Shown: in pieces, positions 1 to 9,601 of the stretch
Position numbering within the stretch: position 1 is the stretch's first letter
How the letters are laid out: each line of letters opens with the position of its first letter
NCBI GenBank assembly: GCA_045656005.1
Contig: JAZOQG010000083.1
Span: 1-60,158 of the forward strand
Direction of reading: 5' to 3'
DNA: 60,158 bases
DNA from: Clostridia bacterium
GTDB taxonomy: Bacteria; Bacillota; Clostridia; UMGS1883; UMGS1540
Program-made: the position numbers and the translations under genes
The notes under the pieces: generated by a model
Told to the model about the DNA's origin: nothing
Seen by the model: the letters and a program-made list of their open reading frames with translations, nothing else
Database searches by the model: none

Positions 1-140
1 TATTTCATAAACACGTTTCCCTGCTCGTCCTTCGCCCCAAAGCCGTGGGAGCGGAACTCCCAAACGAATCCGCCAAGCATTTTTTTGTTATTGTAGTTAT
101 AATCCCAATAATCCTCAAGCGTTCCGGGGCTGTTGTACAT
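1..140 (-). other. Internal fragment of a GH2 beta-galactosidase-like gene, running off the window edge (probable chimeric junction)
   Basis: Minus frame from 140 reads MYNSPGTLEDYWDYNYNNKKMLGGFVWEFRSHGFGAKDEQGNVFMK, resembling the GH2 segment (EYAHA)MGNSPG..EYW...GGFVWDW.DQG; different frame from the adjoining GT2. Confidence 0.7.
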
Positions 141-627
141 CAACCACTTTTCTGTCCAAAAGTTTGAAATCTGATGAATTTGCCATATCAAACCCTGCCA
201 TACGGCTTATAGCGGAGTAGAAAATTTTTGCACCGAAACTGTATATCTTTTTTTCTTGCCCGCGTTCTTTTTTTATCCCCTCAACAACCTCATATCCCTG
301 TTCCCACAAACGATACATTTCTATTATTTTTTCAGGCGGGTGCTGAAGGTCACAATCAATCACAACGGCACACTTTCCGCTCACGGCTGAAAGTCCCGCA
401 GATATAGCAGACTCCTTACCAAAATTTCTTGAAAAATGAAGTCCGACTATATTTTCTTTTTCCAGAGAAAGTTCAGTTATCATTTCATAAGTTTTATCCT
501 GAGAACCATCGTCCACGAAAATAAACTCACTGTCAATATTATTTTCAGAAAGCAGTGAATGTATCTCGTTATATACACGTTTAATACATTTCTCTTCGTT
601 GTATGCGGGAATAATTACTGATAACAT
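115..627 (-). pseudogene. GtrB/ArnC-like GT2 polyprenol-phosphate glycosyltransferase, 3' truncated
   Basis: LSVIIPAYNEE, FVDDGS, HFSRNFGKESA, IDCDLQHPP, SDFKLLDRKVVD; similarity stops at KVVDV and the C-terminal TM half is missing. ATG 627 after AGGTGG. Confidence 0.8.
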
Positions 628-636
628 AAAAACCAC

Positions 637-2004
637 CTACTGTTTCTCAAATAATTTTTCAAATTGTGTAACCGGCATCGGACGGTAAAAATAGTATCCC
701 TGCAAAATGTCGCACCCTGCCTCCACTACCAGTTTTTTGTGTTCCTCTGTTTCTATACCTTCGCATAACGTTTTAAATCCTAAATCACGAGCCGTTCTTA
801 TGATGTTTTTTAGGATTACAAACCCTGTTTGACTGGTTGCATTTTGTGTTATTTCTTTATCTATTTTTACAATGCTTATATCAAAATCCGTCAGGTCTCC
901 AAAACTTGTGTAGCCTTTGCCAAAATCGTCGAGCAAAATCAATACTCCTTTTTGTTTTAAACGAGATAAATTTTGTATCATTATTGATTTTTCTCCATCA
1001 GTCAAACTCTTATCTTCAAGAATTTCAACAGCTATGCATGAATAGCCAACATTATATTTTTCTATGATTTTTATTATATTTTCAGCAAAATCAGGATCAG
1101 AAAGAGTGTTTCTGGAAAAATTAATTGTATATACATATTGGGTGCGGCACTCTTTATCACTCGCAATCCATTTGCAATTCTTTTCAAAAATGTAATAATC
1201 AAATTTTTCACTTAATCCTACATTATTTACTGCCGAGATGAAATGATATGGCGATAAAATTCCCTCTGTTGAGGAATTAAGACGCGACAATACCTCGGCT
1301 CCCATAATTTTGTTTGTTTTAGCATCTATAATAGGCTGATATTCGAGGAAAAATCTGTTGTTATCAATTTCGTTTTGTATATTATTCTCAATTTTTATTT
1401 TTCTTACAAATTCTTTTCCGCTCAGGCTGTCCCACTGGCAGTATAAAACCTCCCTGGCTTCCGCCATACTTAATGCCTGCTTTGCTCTGCCGAAAGCAGT
1501 TTTAAACGAAACATCAGTAGAACTTGTAATGTGATATCCGAAGTTTACCTTCACAACATTAACTGCACCATGCTTTAAGAATATGTCATTTATTTCTGAA
1601 AAGCACTTCTCAATATAATGTTCTGTATCATCTGCCTCCATATAGTTTAAAGCTACAAAATTCTCTTTCCCGTAAAGCGAAATTTCTCCGTTCATATTAA
1701 GAGAAAAATGTTCCAGCAAAATCTTTTTAATTTGTTCATACATTCTTATGGCCTTCGATTCTGAATATAGCCTTTTCATACTGTCAAGGGATATGGAAAT
1801 ATATAAGATACAACGGTTTTTGCGGGCATTTCTCGCTTTTTCAAAATCATTTTCTATTTTGCCTATACCGCAAAAACTTTTCTCTGATGTTCCTTTCACG
1901 GTTCTTACAGATTTCATCGTGAAATAAAGTCCAATTATTCCCATCAGCAGAACAATTATTGCAAGAATAGTTATTATTACATAAGGGTATTCAAAAATTT
2001 GCAT
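637..2004 (-). CDS. Membrane-anchored c-di-GMP phosphodiesterase (degenerate GGDEF + intact EAL)
   Basis: N-terminal TM; GGDEF-like region with YGKENF; EAL motifs YQPI, EVLSRL, INFS, EILE, DDFGKG, KID, EGIE, QGYY. Confidence 0.9.
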   Translation of the reverse strand: MQIFEYPYVIITILAIIVLLMGIIGLYFTMKSVRTVKGTSEKSFCGIGKIENDFEKARNARKNRCILYISISLDSMKRLYSESKAIRMYEQIKKILLEHFSLNMNGEISLYGKENFVALNYMEADDTEHYIEKCFSEINDIFLKHGAVNVVKVNFGYHITSSTDVSFKTAFGRAKQALSMAEAREVLYCQWDSLSGKEFVRKIKIENNIQNEIDNNRFFLEYQPIIDAKTNKIMGAEVLSRLNSSTEGILSPYHFISAVNNVGLSEKFDYYIFEKNCKWIASDKECRTQYVYTINFSRNTLSDPDFAENIIKIIEKYNVGYSCIAVEILEDKSLTDGEKSIMIQNLSRLKQKGVLILLDDFGKGYTSFGDLTDFDISIVKIDKEITQNATSQTGFVILKNIIRTARDLGFKTLCEGIETEEHKKLVVEAGCDILQGYYFYRPMPVTQFEKLFEKQ

Positions 2005-2022
2005 TTTGTAAGCTCCTGCTAT

Positions 2023-3099
2023 CTATTTTTCAAAAATCGGGTATTCATTTGTTCCCCCGGTCTGTTTAAGACCAATCCTTTTTGCAACCTTCATACATTT
2101 TTCAATATCTTTTGCGGCCACTTTCTTTCTTCTGATGATTTCTTTTATCAAAAAGCAACAATTAAAAGAAAGCATTCCTTTTACTATATCCTTCTTCGAT
2201 ACACCGCGTCTTTTGTACTCAGCTAAAATTTCAAAAAGCGCATAGTTTATGGTGTTTTTATCAAAACTTTTTCCTGCCATACTCTTAAGCCATTTTGCAT
2301 ATTTAAGGAATTTATCTATATCTGCATTCTCTTTAAAATAGATTCCGCCAATATAGAATTTCCACATTTCTTCATCCATTTCCTTACCAAGTGATAAATA
2401 ATAGTATTTCTGCTGAATTTTAAGAACCTCAGTATGCTGTCTCTGGAGAGTAGTGCTTGTGATTTGTTTGTCGTGAAGTCTGTATATCAAAAGACACTCA
2501 GGCAAAATCTCTATTTTTTGATTTTCCATTGCCATTGTGGTCCAAAGTTCAAGGTCCTCAGTACAAGTTAACGTAGTGTCATAATTAAACTTTTTCATAA
2601 CCTCTGCTTTAGCAATTACTCCCGGATGGAGTATCGGATTTGCCACAAAAAGCATCATGCGAAGTGCTTTATAATCGCATCGTCCGCCTGCACCGCCTGA
2701 CATATAAACTCCATTTTTAACTGTCATAAATCTGCATGATGATAATGCTACATCACTGTGTTCTTCCATAAATTTATACTGTTTTTCAAATCTTTCGGGA
2801 AGACAAATATCATCTGCATCCATTCTCGCAATGTATTTACCGTTACACAGAGAAATAGCCTTATTAAGAGAAGACGGAAGTTTTAAGTTTACTTCATTCG
2901 GATACACCTTTATTCTTTCATCTGCTATTGCAAACTGTGCAAGTATTTCTGCTGTTGAATCTGTGGAACAGTCATTTATTACAATAAGCTCCCAGTTTTC
3001 AAACGTCTGATTTATAACGCTTTCTATTGCTTCTTTAAGATATGTTTCACCGTTATAAACACTCATAATTACCGATATATCAGGTTTCATAATGCTCAT
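2023..3099 (-). CDS. Glycosyltransferase family 2
   Basis: ISVIMSVYNGE, INDCSTD, YIARMDADD, EDLELW. Confidence 0.92.
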   Translation of the reverse strand: MSIMKPDISVIMSVYNGETYLKEAIESVINQTFENWELIVINDCSTDSTAEILAQFAIADERIKVYPNEVNLKLPSSLNKAISLCNGKYIARMDADDICLPERFEKQYKFMEEHSDVALSSCRFMTVKNGVYMSGGAGGRCDYKALRMMLFVANPILHPGVIAKAEVMKKFNYDTTLTCTEDLELWTTMAMENQKIEILPECLLIYRLHDKQITSTTLQRQHTEVLKIQQKYYYLSLGKEMDEEMWKFYIGGIYFKENADIDKFLKYAKWLKSMAGKSFDKNTINYALFEILAEYKRRGVSKKDIVKGMLSFNCCFLIKEIIRRKKVAAKDIEKCMKVAKRIGLKQTGGTNEYPIFEK

Positions 3100-4115
3100 C
3101 CCTTCTTCAAAGCAGTTTTTATAATCTTACAGATATTAAGAAAGTAAAATGCTAATCTGTAGCAGTCTTTTTTCATAAGAAATATAGATATCCGACTTTT
3201 AATCGAAATTTTTTCAAACTTTGCACATAAGATTTTTTCTCTGTGCAATGAATTTTTGATATTTTCTTTAATCTCTTTTATGCTTTTAAAATAACTTCCT
3301 TCTGCCGCTGATGCCAATATTGCAAAGCACATAAATGCACAGTATCTGCAAAGCTGCTCATCAAAATCCGTCACTTTCTCCAAATCATTTTTACTTATCT
3401 CATTTACAACATTTTCTATAAGATAAATTTGATTTGAGTTAAATTCCTTTGACATGGAATTTTCTCGCACACTATATAAATACATCTCTTTTTTACTGAT
3501 GTACACACTTTTTGCGTGAAGATAGCACGATATAACACAACATAAATCTTCACCGAGCGATATTTTTTCACTTACACCAAGCTGACAAGGCGTCAAAAGC
3601 TCTCTTTTTATAACTTTACCTGACAAATAGTATGAAATATGATTCATATTTTTGTCCATTAAAAGCCTCGGATAAATGCACTTTTCAATGCCTGTCACAT
3701 CATATAATCCTTCGTCAAGACCATCATTTGTAACGTTAACTGCAACCCCGTTTTTAACCCATCTGTACGCGAAGGATACAATATCACAGTTTGTCTCTTT
3801 TATTATTTTGTAAGCACATTCCAATGTGTCGTTTTCAATAAGATCATCAGAGTCAAGGTTTAGCACATACTCGCCTTCCGAGACCTTTATCCCCGCTCTC
3901 CTTGCACTTGCAAGCCCGCCGTTTGCTTTGTGAATTACTTTTATGCGGTTATCTTTTTCTTTGTAATCGTCACAAATTTGCGGACACCCATCAGGAGAGC
4001 CGTCATCAACCAAAATAAGTTCAAAATCAGAAAAAGTCTGACTTAAAACACTTTCTATCGAAGCCCTTAAATACTTTTCTACCTTATAAACAGGTACTAT
4101 TACCGAAAAAAACAT
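3096..4115 (-). CDS. Glycosyltransferase family 2
   Basis: SVIVPVYKVE, LVDDGSPD, NGGLASAR, LDSDD, GEDL. Confidence 0.92.
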   Translation of the reverse strand: MFFSVIVPVYKVEKYLRASIESVLSQTFSDFELILVDDGSPDGCPQICDDYKEKDNRIKVIHKANGGLASARRAGIKVSEGEYVLNLDSDDLIENDTLECAYKIIKETNCDIVSFAYRWVKNGVAVNVTNDGLDEGLYDVTGIEKCIYPRLLMDKNMNHISYYLSGKVIKRELLTPCQLGVSEKISLGEDLCCVISCYLHAKSVYISKKEMYLYSVRENSMSKEFNSNQIYLIENVVNEISKNDLEKVTDFDEQLCRYCAFMCFAILASAAEGSYFKSIKEIKENIKNSLHREKILCAKFEKISIKSRISIFLMKKDCYRLAFYFLNICKIIKTALKKG

Positions 4116-4123
4116 TTTATCAC

Positions 4124-5191
4124 CTATCTGCTTCTTAATCTAACCAGTAATTTTAATATAAAATAAAGCCTGTACTTCATAGCATATGCAAACACTCTTT
4201 GACTAAAGGGCAGTTTCCTTATCGGGTATGACTTAAGTACTCTTATGGTCATACTGTGAGTACATACCTCTTTTAGCCTTTTCTTAAGATCAGCAAATTT
4301 AATGCCTTCATCCATGGCATGCATTATTTCCTGCGAGCATATTACCCTGCACATTGCCTGCCAGAATCTGTCAATATAAATCTGATATTCAGAAGGCTCA
4401 ATATCTTTCTTAAATCTTTTTTCAACTTCATTTATGAAAACAAGACTTTTCTGAAATCTGTCTTTTTTATATCCTTTTGAAATCGAATCACCATTTCTGC
4501 AATAATTATAAAACGCCTTGCAAATACCTGTTGCTTTCCCTATACATGATATGTAATCTATCATAAAAAGTGCATCCTCTGAAAGCATTTCTCTTTCAGA
4601 CTGAAATGTGATATCATTTTGCTTTATTATGTCATTCCTGAACAAATTTTTCCAGATACTCATACCATATTTGCTGTCATCAGAGTCCTCAGGAGCCGCT
4701 CCCACAATGCCCATTCTGAGTTTTTTAAGCTCTTCTTCGCTTTCAAAATGAGTATCCTTATCAAAATATGTTTTTCGAACACATTCGCCACTTTCGGAAA
4801 ACATATTCCCATCGACATACAAAACCCCTGACATTACAAGGTCAGCATTATATTCCTGTGCTTTTTCATAAAGGGTTTTAAACATATCTGTGTCAACAAA
4901 ATCATCAGAATCCACAAAACCGATATATTCGCCCGTTGCAACCATAAGTGCCGCATTTCTAGCCTTCCCTGCTCCTTCGTTTTCTTTGTGAATAACCTTT
5001 ATACGGGAATCTTCTTCCGATGCATTTTTACATATTCCAAGTGATGAATCAGATGAAGAATCATCTACAAGTATTATCTCAATGTCCGAAAGAGTTTGAG
5101 TTCTCAAAGAATTTATGCATCTTTCAAGATATTTCTCTGCATTATATACAGGGACAATAATGCTTACTTTGGGCTGTGGCACTTTTTTCAC
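4124..5191 (-). CDS. Glycosyltransferase family 2
   Basis: VSIIVPVYNAE, NEGAGKARN, FVDSDD, SEDALF. Confidence 0.92.
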   Translation of the reverse strand: MKKVPQPKVSIIVPVYNAEKYLERCINSLRTQTLSDIEIILVDDSSSDSSLGICKNASEEDSRIKVIHKENEGAGKARNAALMVATGEYIGFVDSDDFVDTDMFKTLYEKAQEYNADLVMSGVLYVDGNMFSESGECVRKTYFDKDTHFESEEELKKLRMGIVGAAPEDSDDSKYGMSIWKNLFRNDIIKQNDITFQSEREMLSEDALFMIDYISCIGKATGICKAFYNYCRNGDSISKGYKKDRFQKSLVFINEVEKRFKKDIEPSEYQIYIDRFWQAMCRVICSQEIMHAMDEGIKFADLKKRLKEVCTHSMTIRVLKSYPIRKLPFSQRVFAYAMKYRLYFILKLLVRLRSR

Positions 5192-6396
5192 CTCTCCAGT
5201 AATTTTTCGTATTCCTTCATCAAAATGTCGCAGTATGTTGTAACACTTAAAATGTTTTCTTTCTCATTTTTGCAATTTTGTTTAAGTGTATTATAGTAAT
5301 CTTCATTTTGAATAGTATCTTTTAATTTATGAGCAATCCCTTCGGGTGTAGGCTCGTCTACCAAAGTTCCCGTAACACCATCTTTTACAAGTTCAGCCAT
5401 TCCCCCACTATTCATTGTAACAACAGGGACCCCCATAGAATGTGCCTCAAGTATTGAAAGCGGACAATTTTCATAACACACAGACGGCAAAAGAAGAACT
5501 TTTGCATTCCCCATAATTTCGCCAAGCCTGTCTCCTGTGAGAAAACCTGCAAGTTCTATATTCGGAATATTTTTAAGTAAATCTTCGTCAGGTCCGCTCC
5601 CTGCAACCACAAATTTATATTCAGGAAGAAGTTTTGCGGTCTTTGCTATATTCTCAATTCCTTTTTCTTTTGAGAGTCTTCCAACAAATAATATGTAATC
5701 TTTTTCCTTACGTTCAACATTTGAAAATTTTTCTTTGTCTATAAAATTATGTATAGTACAGGTTTTTTCTTTGTAATATTTTTTTGCAGACAAAAGTTTA
5801 TTTTCAAGAAAATTACTTGGGCAAATGAACAAATCAACCTTTTTGTATGTTTTTAGGAACGAATAAAGCTTTGCCTCAATCACACCTAAAATGCTCTTAA
5901 CCACGGAACCGTGAATACATTTGTTTTTAATACAATTTATATGCCAGCCTTTAACACATTTTTCGCAAGGTATATTTTTATCAAAGTTATAAAGTAAATG
6001 ATTTGGACATATCATCTGATAGTCATGCACAGTCTGAACAATTGGAATGTTCTTCTTTTTTATGCCATAAATTATTGAAGGCGTAAGCTGAAAATTGATA
6101 TTGTTCATGTGAACTATGTCAGGCTTAAAACTGTCTATTACGCTCATTATTTTCTTTTTAGCCTCAAAAGAATAAATTATCCTGAAAGGGTACAAAAATC
6201 TTCCTAATCCCTTTGAGTGAAAATCCATATTCTGCGTATATTTTCCTGCTGAGTTTCCTACAGTATTTTTTTCATCATACATGCCAAAATACTCCACCTC
6301 GTGACCCATTTTCTTAAGATAGTCTCCAAGATAAAGCATATAACTTTCGCTTCCACCGCGAGGATAAAGAAATTTATTTACCATCAAAATTTTCAT
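5188..6396 (-). CDS. Glycosyltransferase family 4
   Basis: KILMVNKF..RGGSE, TVHDYQMICP, FVGRLSKEKG, ENCPLSILEA. Confidence 0.92.
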   Translation of the reverse strand: MKILMVNKFLYPRGGSESYMLYLGDYLKKMGHEVEYFGMYDEKNTVGNSAGKYTQNMDFHSKGLGRFLYPFRIIYSFEAKKKIMSVIDSFKPDIVHMNNINFQLTPSIIYGIKKKNIPIVQTVHDYQMICPNHLLYNFDKNIPCEKCVKGWHINCIKNKCIHGSVVKSILGVIEAKLYSFLKTYKKVDLFICPSNFLENKLLSAKKYYKEKTCTIHNFIDKEKFSNVERKEKDYILFVGRLSKEKGIENIAKTAKLLPEYKFVVAGSGPDEDLLKNIPNIELAGFLTGDRLGEIMGNAKVLLLPSVCYENCPLSILEAHSMGVPVVTMNSGGMAELVKDGVTGTLVDEPTPEGIAHKLKDTIQNEDYYNTLKQNCKNEKENILSVTTYCDILMKEYEKLLER

Positions 6397-7694
6397 AAAA
6401 GTATTTCTCTTTCTTCACTATTTGCTTTTGAAACGTAGCCGAACAATTTAAGTTCGGTGTCTCTTACATTTTCTTCAAAACCGTTTCCCATCATAAGTAT
6501 TGCCAAAACACCGGTAAGAAGCGGATAGTTCATGGTGTTATCCGTCGAAGATACTATTATGAGATAAAGGACAAGCATAAATGTAATAATAGCATCCTCT
6601 GTCTTTCCTTTTCTGCCAAAATAAAGTACCCTTATCAAAGTCATCGACAAAAGCCATATAATATAACCCCAAAATCCAAGGTCTATAAAGTGCTGAAGAA
6701 AATCGTTATGAACCGACGCAACTCCCACAGACATAAACTCATTGAGCTGATATGTCAGAAATCCGATTCCGTTACCTAAAAACCCCGGGTTAAACTCGTA
6801 AAATTCGTCTACTGCATTATAAATTTCAACACGTCCGCTTGTATTAATTCCCGCTTTCTCCAAAAGTTCAAAAGCATCCATCTTTATAAGAGCAATGTAT
6901 AAAACAAGCAAAGTAATAACTAAAAGTGTTAAAAATATAGTAACTCTCTGTGCAGTTTTTTTATTGTAGTGAGCAATAAATTTCAAAATATAACCAAAGA
7001 AAAGTGCTATCGCAATAGCAATAATTGCAATTCTCTTAAAAGCCGATAAAAAGCAGAAAAGACTTAAGAAAAGTAATATAAAGTAGACTATATTTTTCTT
7101 TGGCTTAAAAAGCATATATATGAGATATGCGCCAATACAAAACGCAAGCTCGTGAATTTCCGCCTGTACAATTATATCTCCCGTTACCCCTGCAAATGTT
7201 GTCATAAGCGTTATGAATTCAGAAATATAATTTCCAAGTCCGTATTGCATTATAATCGTAACTATCATAATAATATTGGCAATTAAAATAGCAATAAGAT
7301 TATACCAGATGCCTTTTTTTCCGAATATATAAAGCATTGCACCCGCTCCCAGAGCAAAGGAAAGCATATTCGCATATACAAAAGAACTTGAAAGGCCTCT
7401 GGAAATAACCCCCGTGTCTACCGTTCCCATAAACCATATAAAAAGCGAAACTACTGTTGTAACCAAAAGCGGAATACTGTAGATACATGCATCTTTAAAT
7501 GCAACAGCACCCTTTGCAATATCAGGTTTATAGAGAAAAAGAAGCATTGCGGAAGCGAAAAGCAGGAGTGTGAATGCGTGTCGGTATGTAACGTGCAAAC
7601 CCACATCAATGTATTCATTCAGAAAGTAATACATCATTATGGCTACAAGTACAAAATATAATCCTTTTGCTTTTTCAAGAATTTTATTTTCCAC
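6393..7694 (-). CDS. wzy: Wzy-like polysaccharide polymerase / O-antigen ligase family
   Basis: About 10-11 hydrophobic segments; SGR..IY, GNGIG and VHNDFLQ motifs; located in an EPS cluster with a flippase. Confidence 0.75.
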   Translation of the reverse strand: MENKILEKAKGLYFVLVAIMMYYFLNEYIDVGLHVTYRHAFTLLLFASAMLLFLYKPDIAKGAVAFKDACIYSIPLLVTTVVSLFIWFMGTVDTGVISRGLSSSFVYANMLSFALGAGAMLYIFGKKGIWYNLIAILIANIIMIVTIIMQYGLGNYISEFITLMTTFAGVTGDIIVQAEIHELAFCIGAYLIYMLFKPKKNIVYFILLFLSLFCFLSAFKRIAIIAIAIALFFGYILKFIAHYNKKTAQRVTIFLTLLVITLLVLYIALIKMDAFELLEKAGINTSGRVEIYNAVDEFYEFNPGFLGNGIGFLTYQLNEFMSVGVASVHNDFLQHFIDLGFWGYIIWLLSMTLIRVLYFGRKGKTEDAIITFMLVLYLIIVSSTDNTMNYPLLTGVLAILMMGNGFEENVRDTELKLFGYVSKANSEEREILL

Positions 7695-7718
7695 GCATCC
7701 AGCCTTCCTTTCCTTAAA

Positions 7719-9584
7719 TTACAATGAAGTTTTGCTCTTTAAATCAGAAACATAACCTTTTTTACTTTTTATTGCCTCTGAAAGCAATTTTCTTGCAGTT
7801 TTGTTTTCCTTAAACGTTTCAGAAATACCAATTTTGTATTCAATCACAACTTCTCTGTGCTCTTCCCTTTCATCAAGCCTTAACCTGAAAAGTCTCATTA
7901 TGTCCTCTATTGTAATGTAATCGGTTTCCTCCGTCAGCATAACGAAACTGCCGTTTCCGTTATAAATATATTCTGTCTTTGATTTTCCAAAGACTTCTTT
8001 TATTAAATCCCTGAATAATTTAATAATCTCATCACCGACATTTCTCGAATACTCTCCGTTTATGTGTACAAGATTTGAAATATCAAGCATACAGTAACAC
8101 ACACCGTCATCAAGAAGAGTTTTGTCTTTGACCTTTAAATATTTGTCAAGATATGCCCTGTTATTAAACTCGGTAAGGTGGTCTGTATAGAAGATGTAGT
8201 TTATTATGTCTCCGGCTCTTCCCAAAACAATAGCACTTCCGCAACAAAGAACCATAAGGAAGAAAAACGCAATCGCAGTATAAAGCGGAACATTAACACT
8301 TTCTCTTATTGATGCAGAAGATAATACTGAAATATAACTTGCACCGAGGTATTTGTTATATTCTTCATTGGTCTTCATCGTTGTGGTATAAAGAGAGTTG
8401 AGGCTTTTAAGCAGAGTATCAATTTCTTTCTCAACATCTTCTCTTACAGCCGTATATTCAGCATCAGAAAGCTCTGAACATGTCAGGTTTGAAGATGTGC
8501 ACGCACCGCCGCATTTACCCGTACATGTTGTAAAAGTATCTAATATATATGTGCAGTACGCAGAGTCTATTATAGCATGCTCACGGCTTTCCCTATGGTC
8601 TCTCCAGCTGTAAATAAGTTCGTCATAAGTTACCGTCTGATCACCCACATAGTCCTGAAGATTTCTTTCATGAAGATTGTCCAGAATATATTCGGAACTT
8701 ATGTTGGTGTTTCCCGACTCTCTCATCTTTGTGACATAAGCATCTATTACAGAGACAACATCTTCAACGATGCTTTCATCTTTTTCATTTGAAATATTAT
8801 TGTTGTCTATTCTTGTTGTGTAGTCTGAAATTAAAACGGACTTATTTTTTGTAATCTGATACTTATAAATTTTCGAGAAAAGGGATGAAACCTTGCTCTG
8901 CCTTAAATAGTTAAAATCATCGGCAAGTTCACTAAATGATACTCCCGTCTCTGTTGACCTGAAAAAATTGTTCTGCTCAATTCTCTGATATAGTGTATTT
9001 AAAGTATTGTCAATACTCGTATCAATAAGCTCCATTATCTCAATAAAATCGTAATCATTTTTATTAAGATTTTCAATTGTATTGTTTGCGGGAGCTACAT
9101 TTACATATTTCTGACTGAATTGCTCGAAATAAACATCAAGTGTCTCATCAAGTATTGTTCTGCCAAAATCCGGTCCCTCTCCGCTTGTGGAAGCAAAAGA
9201 AATAATAAATGTACTTGGCTCATATATGTATTCTTCGCCTTCTTCAAGTTTTGCATCTTTTTGCGCCACCTTGTCTTTATCCTCAATGGGAGTTATGTTG
9301 ATTCTTGAAATAAGACTGTCAACAGAATAAATACCTGTAAGCCCCATTTTGTCTACAACCTTTGACATTACCGCAGATGATTTTATTTCGTTTACATCCA
9401 GCTTATCACCCGTCGGTGCAAGTCCCTTTTCCGCCTGCTCATCATTATAATGAATAACCTCTGATGCAATATATGTGTTTGATGTTGAAAGCTTAAAATA
9501 AACAGCGTATGTTGCCAAAAGACAAAAAACTATTATAAGAGGCAATAATTTTTTTAAATATCTTAAAATCTGAAAATTTTTCAT
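7719..9584 (-). CDS. Polysaccharide co-polymerase-like protein (TM, ~400 aa extracellular domain, TM) fused to a degenerate GGDEF domain
   Basis: Two TMs (~13-31, ~433-455); C-terminal YTDHLTEFNNR, LDISNL..IN..Y...VGDEII, with NGNGSF replacing GGDEF. Confidence 0.75.
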   Translation of the reverse strand: MKNFQILRYLKKLLPLIIVFCLLATYAVYFKLSTSNTYIASEVIHYNDEQAEKGLAPTGDKLDVNEIKSSAVMSKVVDKMGLTGIYSVDSLISRINITPIEDKDKVAQKDAKLEEGEEYIYEPSTFIISFASTSGEGPDFGRTILDETLDVYFEQFSQKYVNVAPANNTIENLNKNDYDFIEIMELIDTSIDNTLNTLYQRIEQNNFFRSTETGVSFSELADDFNYLRQSKVSSLFSKIYKYQITKNKSVLISDYTTRIDNNNISNEKDESIVEDVVSVIDAYVTKMRESGNTNISSEYILDNLHERNLQDYVGDQTVTYDELIYSWRDHRESREHAIIDSAYCTYILDTFTTCTGKCGGACTSSNLTCSELSDAEYTAVREDVEKEIDTLLKSLNSLYTTTMKTNEEYNKYLGASYISVLSSASIRESVNVPLYTAIAFFFLMVLCCGSAIVLGRAGDIINYIFYTDHLTEFNNRAYLDKYLKVKDKTLLDDGVCYCMLDISNLVHINGEYSRNVGDEIIKLFRDLIKEVFGKSKTEYIYNGNGSFVMLTEETDYITIEDIMRLFRLRLDEREEHREVVIEYKIGISETFKENKTARKLLSEAIKSKKGYVSDLKSKTSL

Positions 9585-9601
9585 TTTATCCTCCTTATAA
9601 T

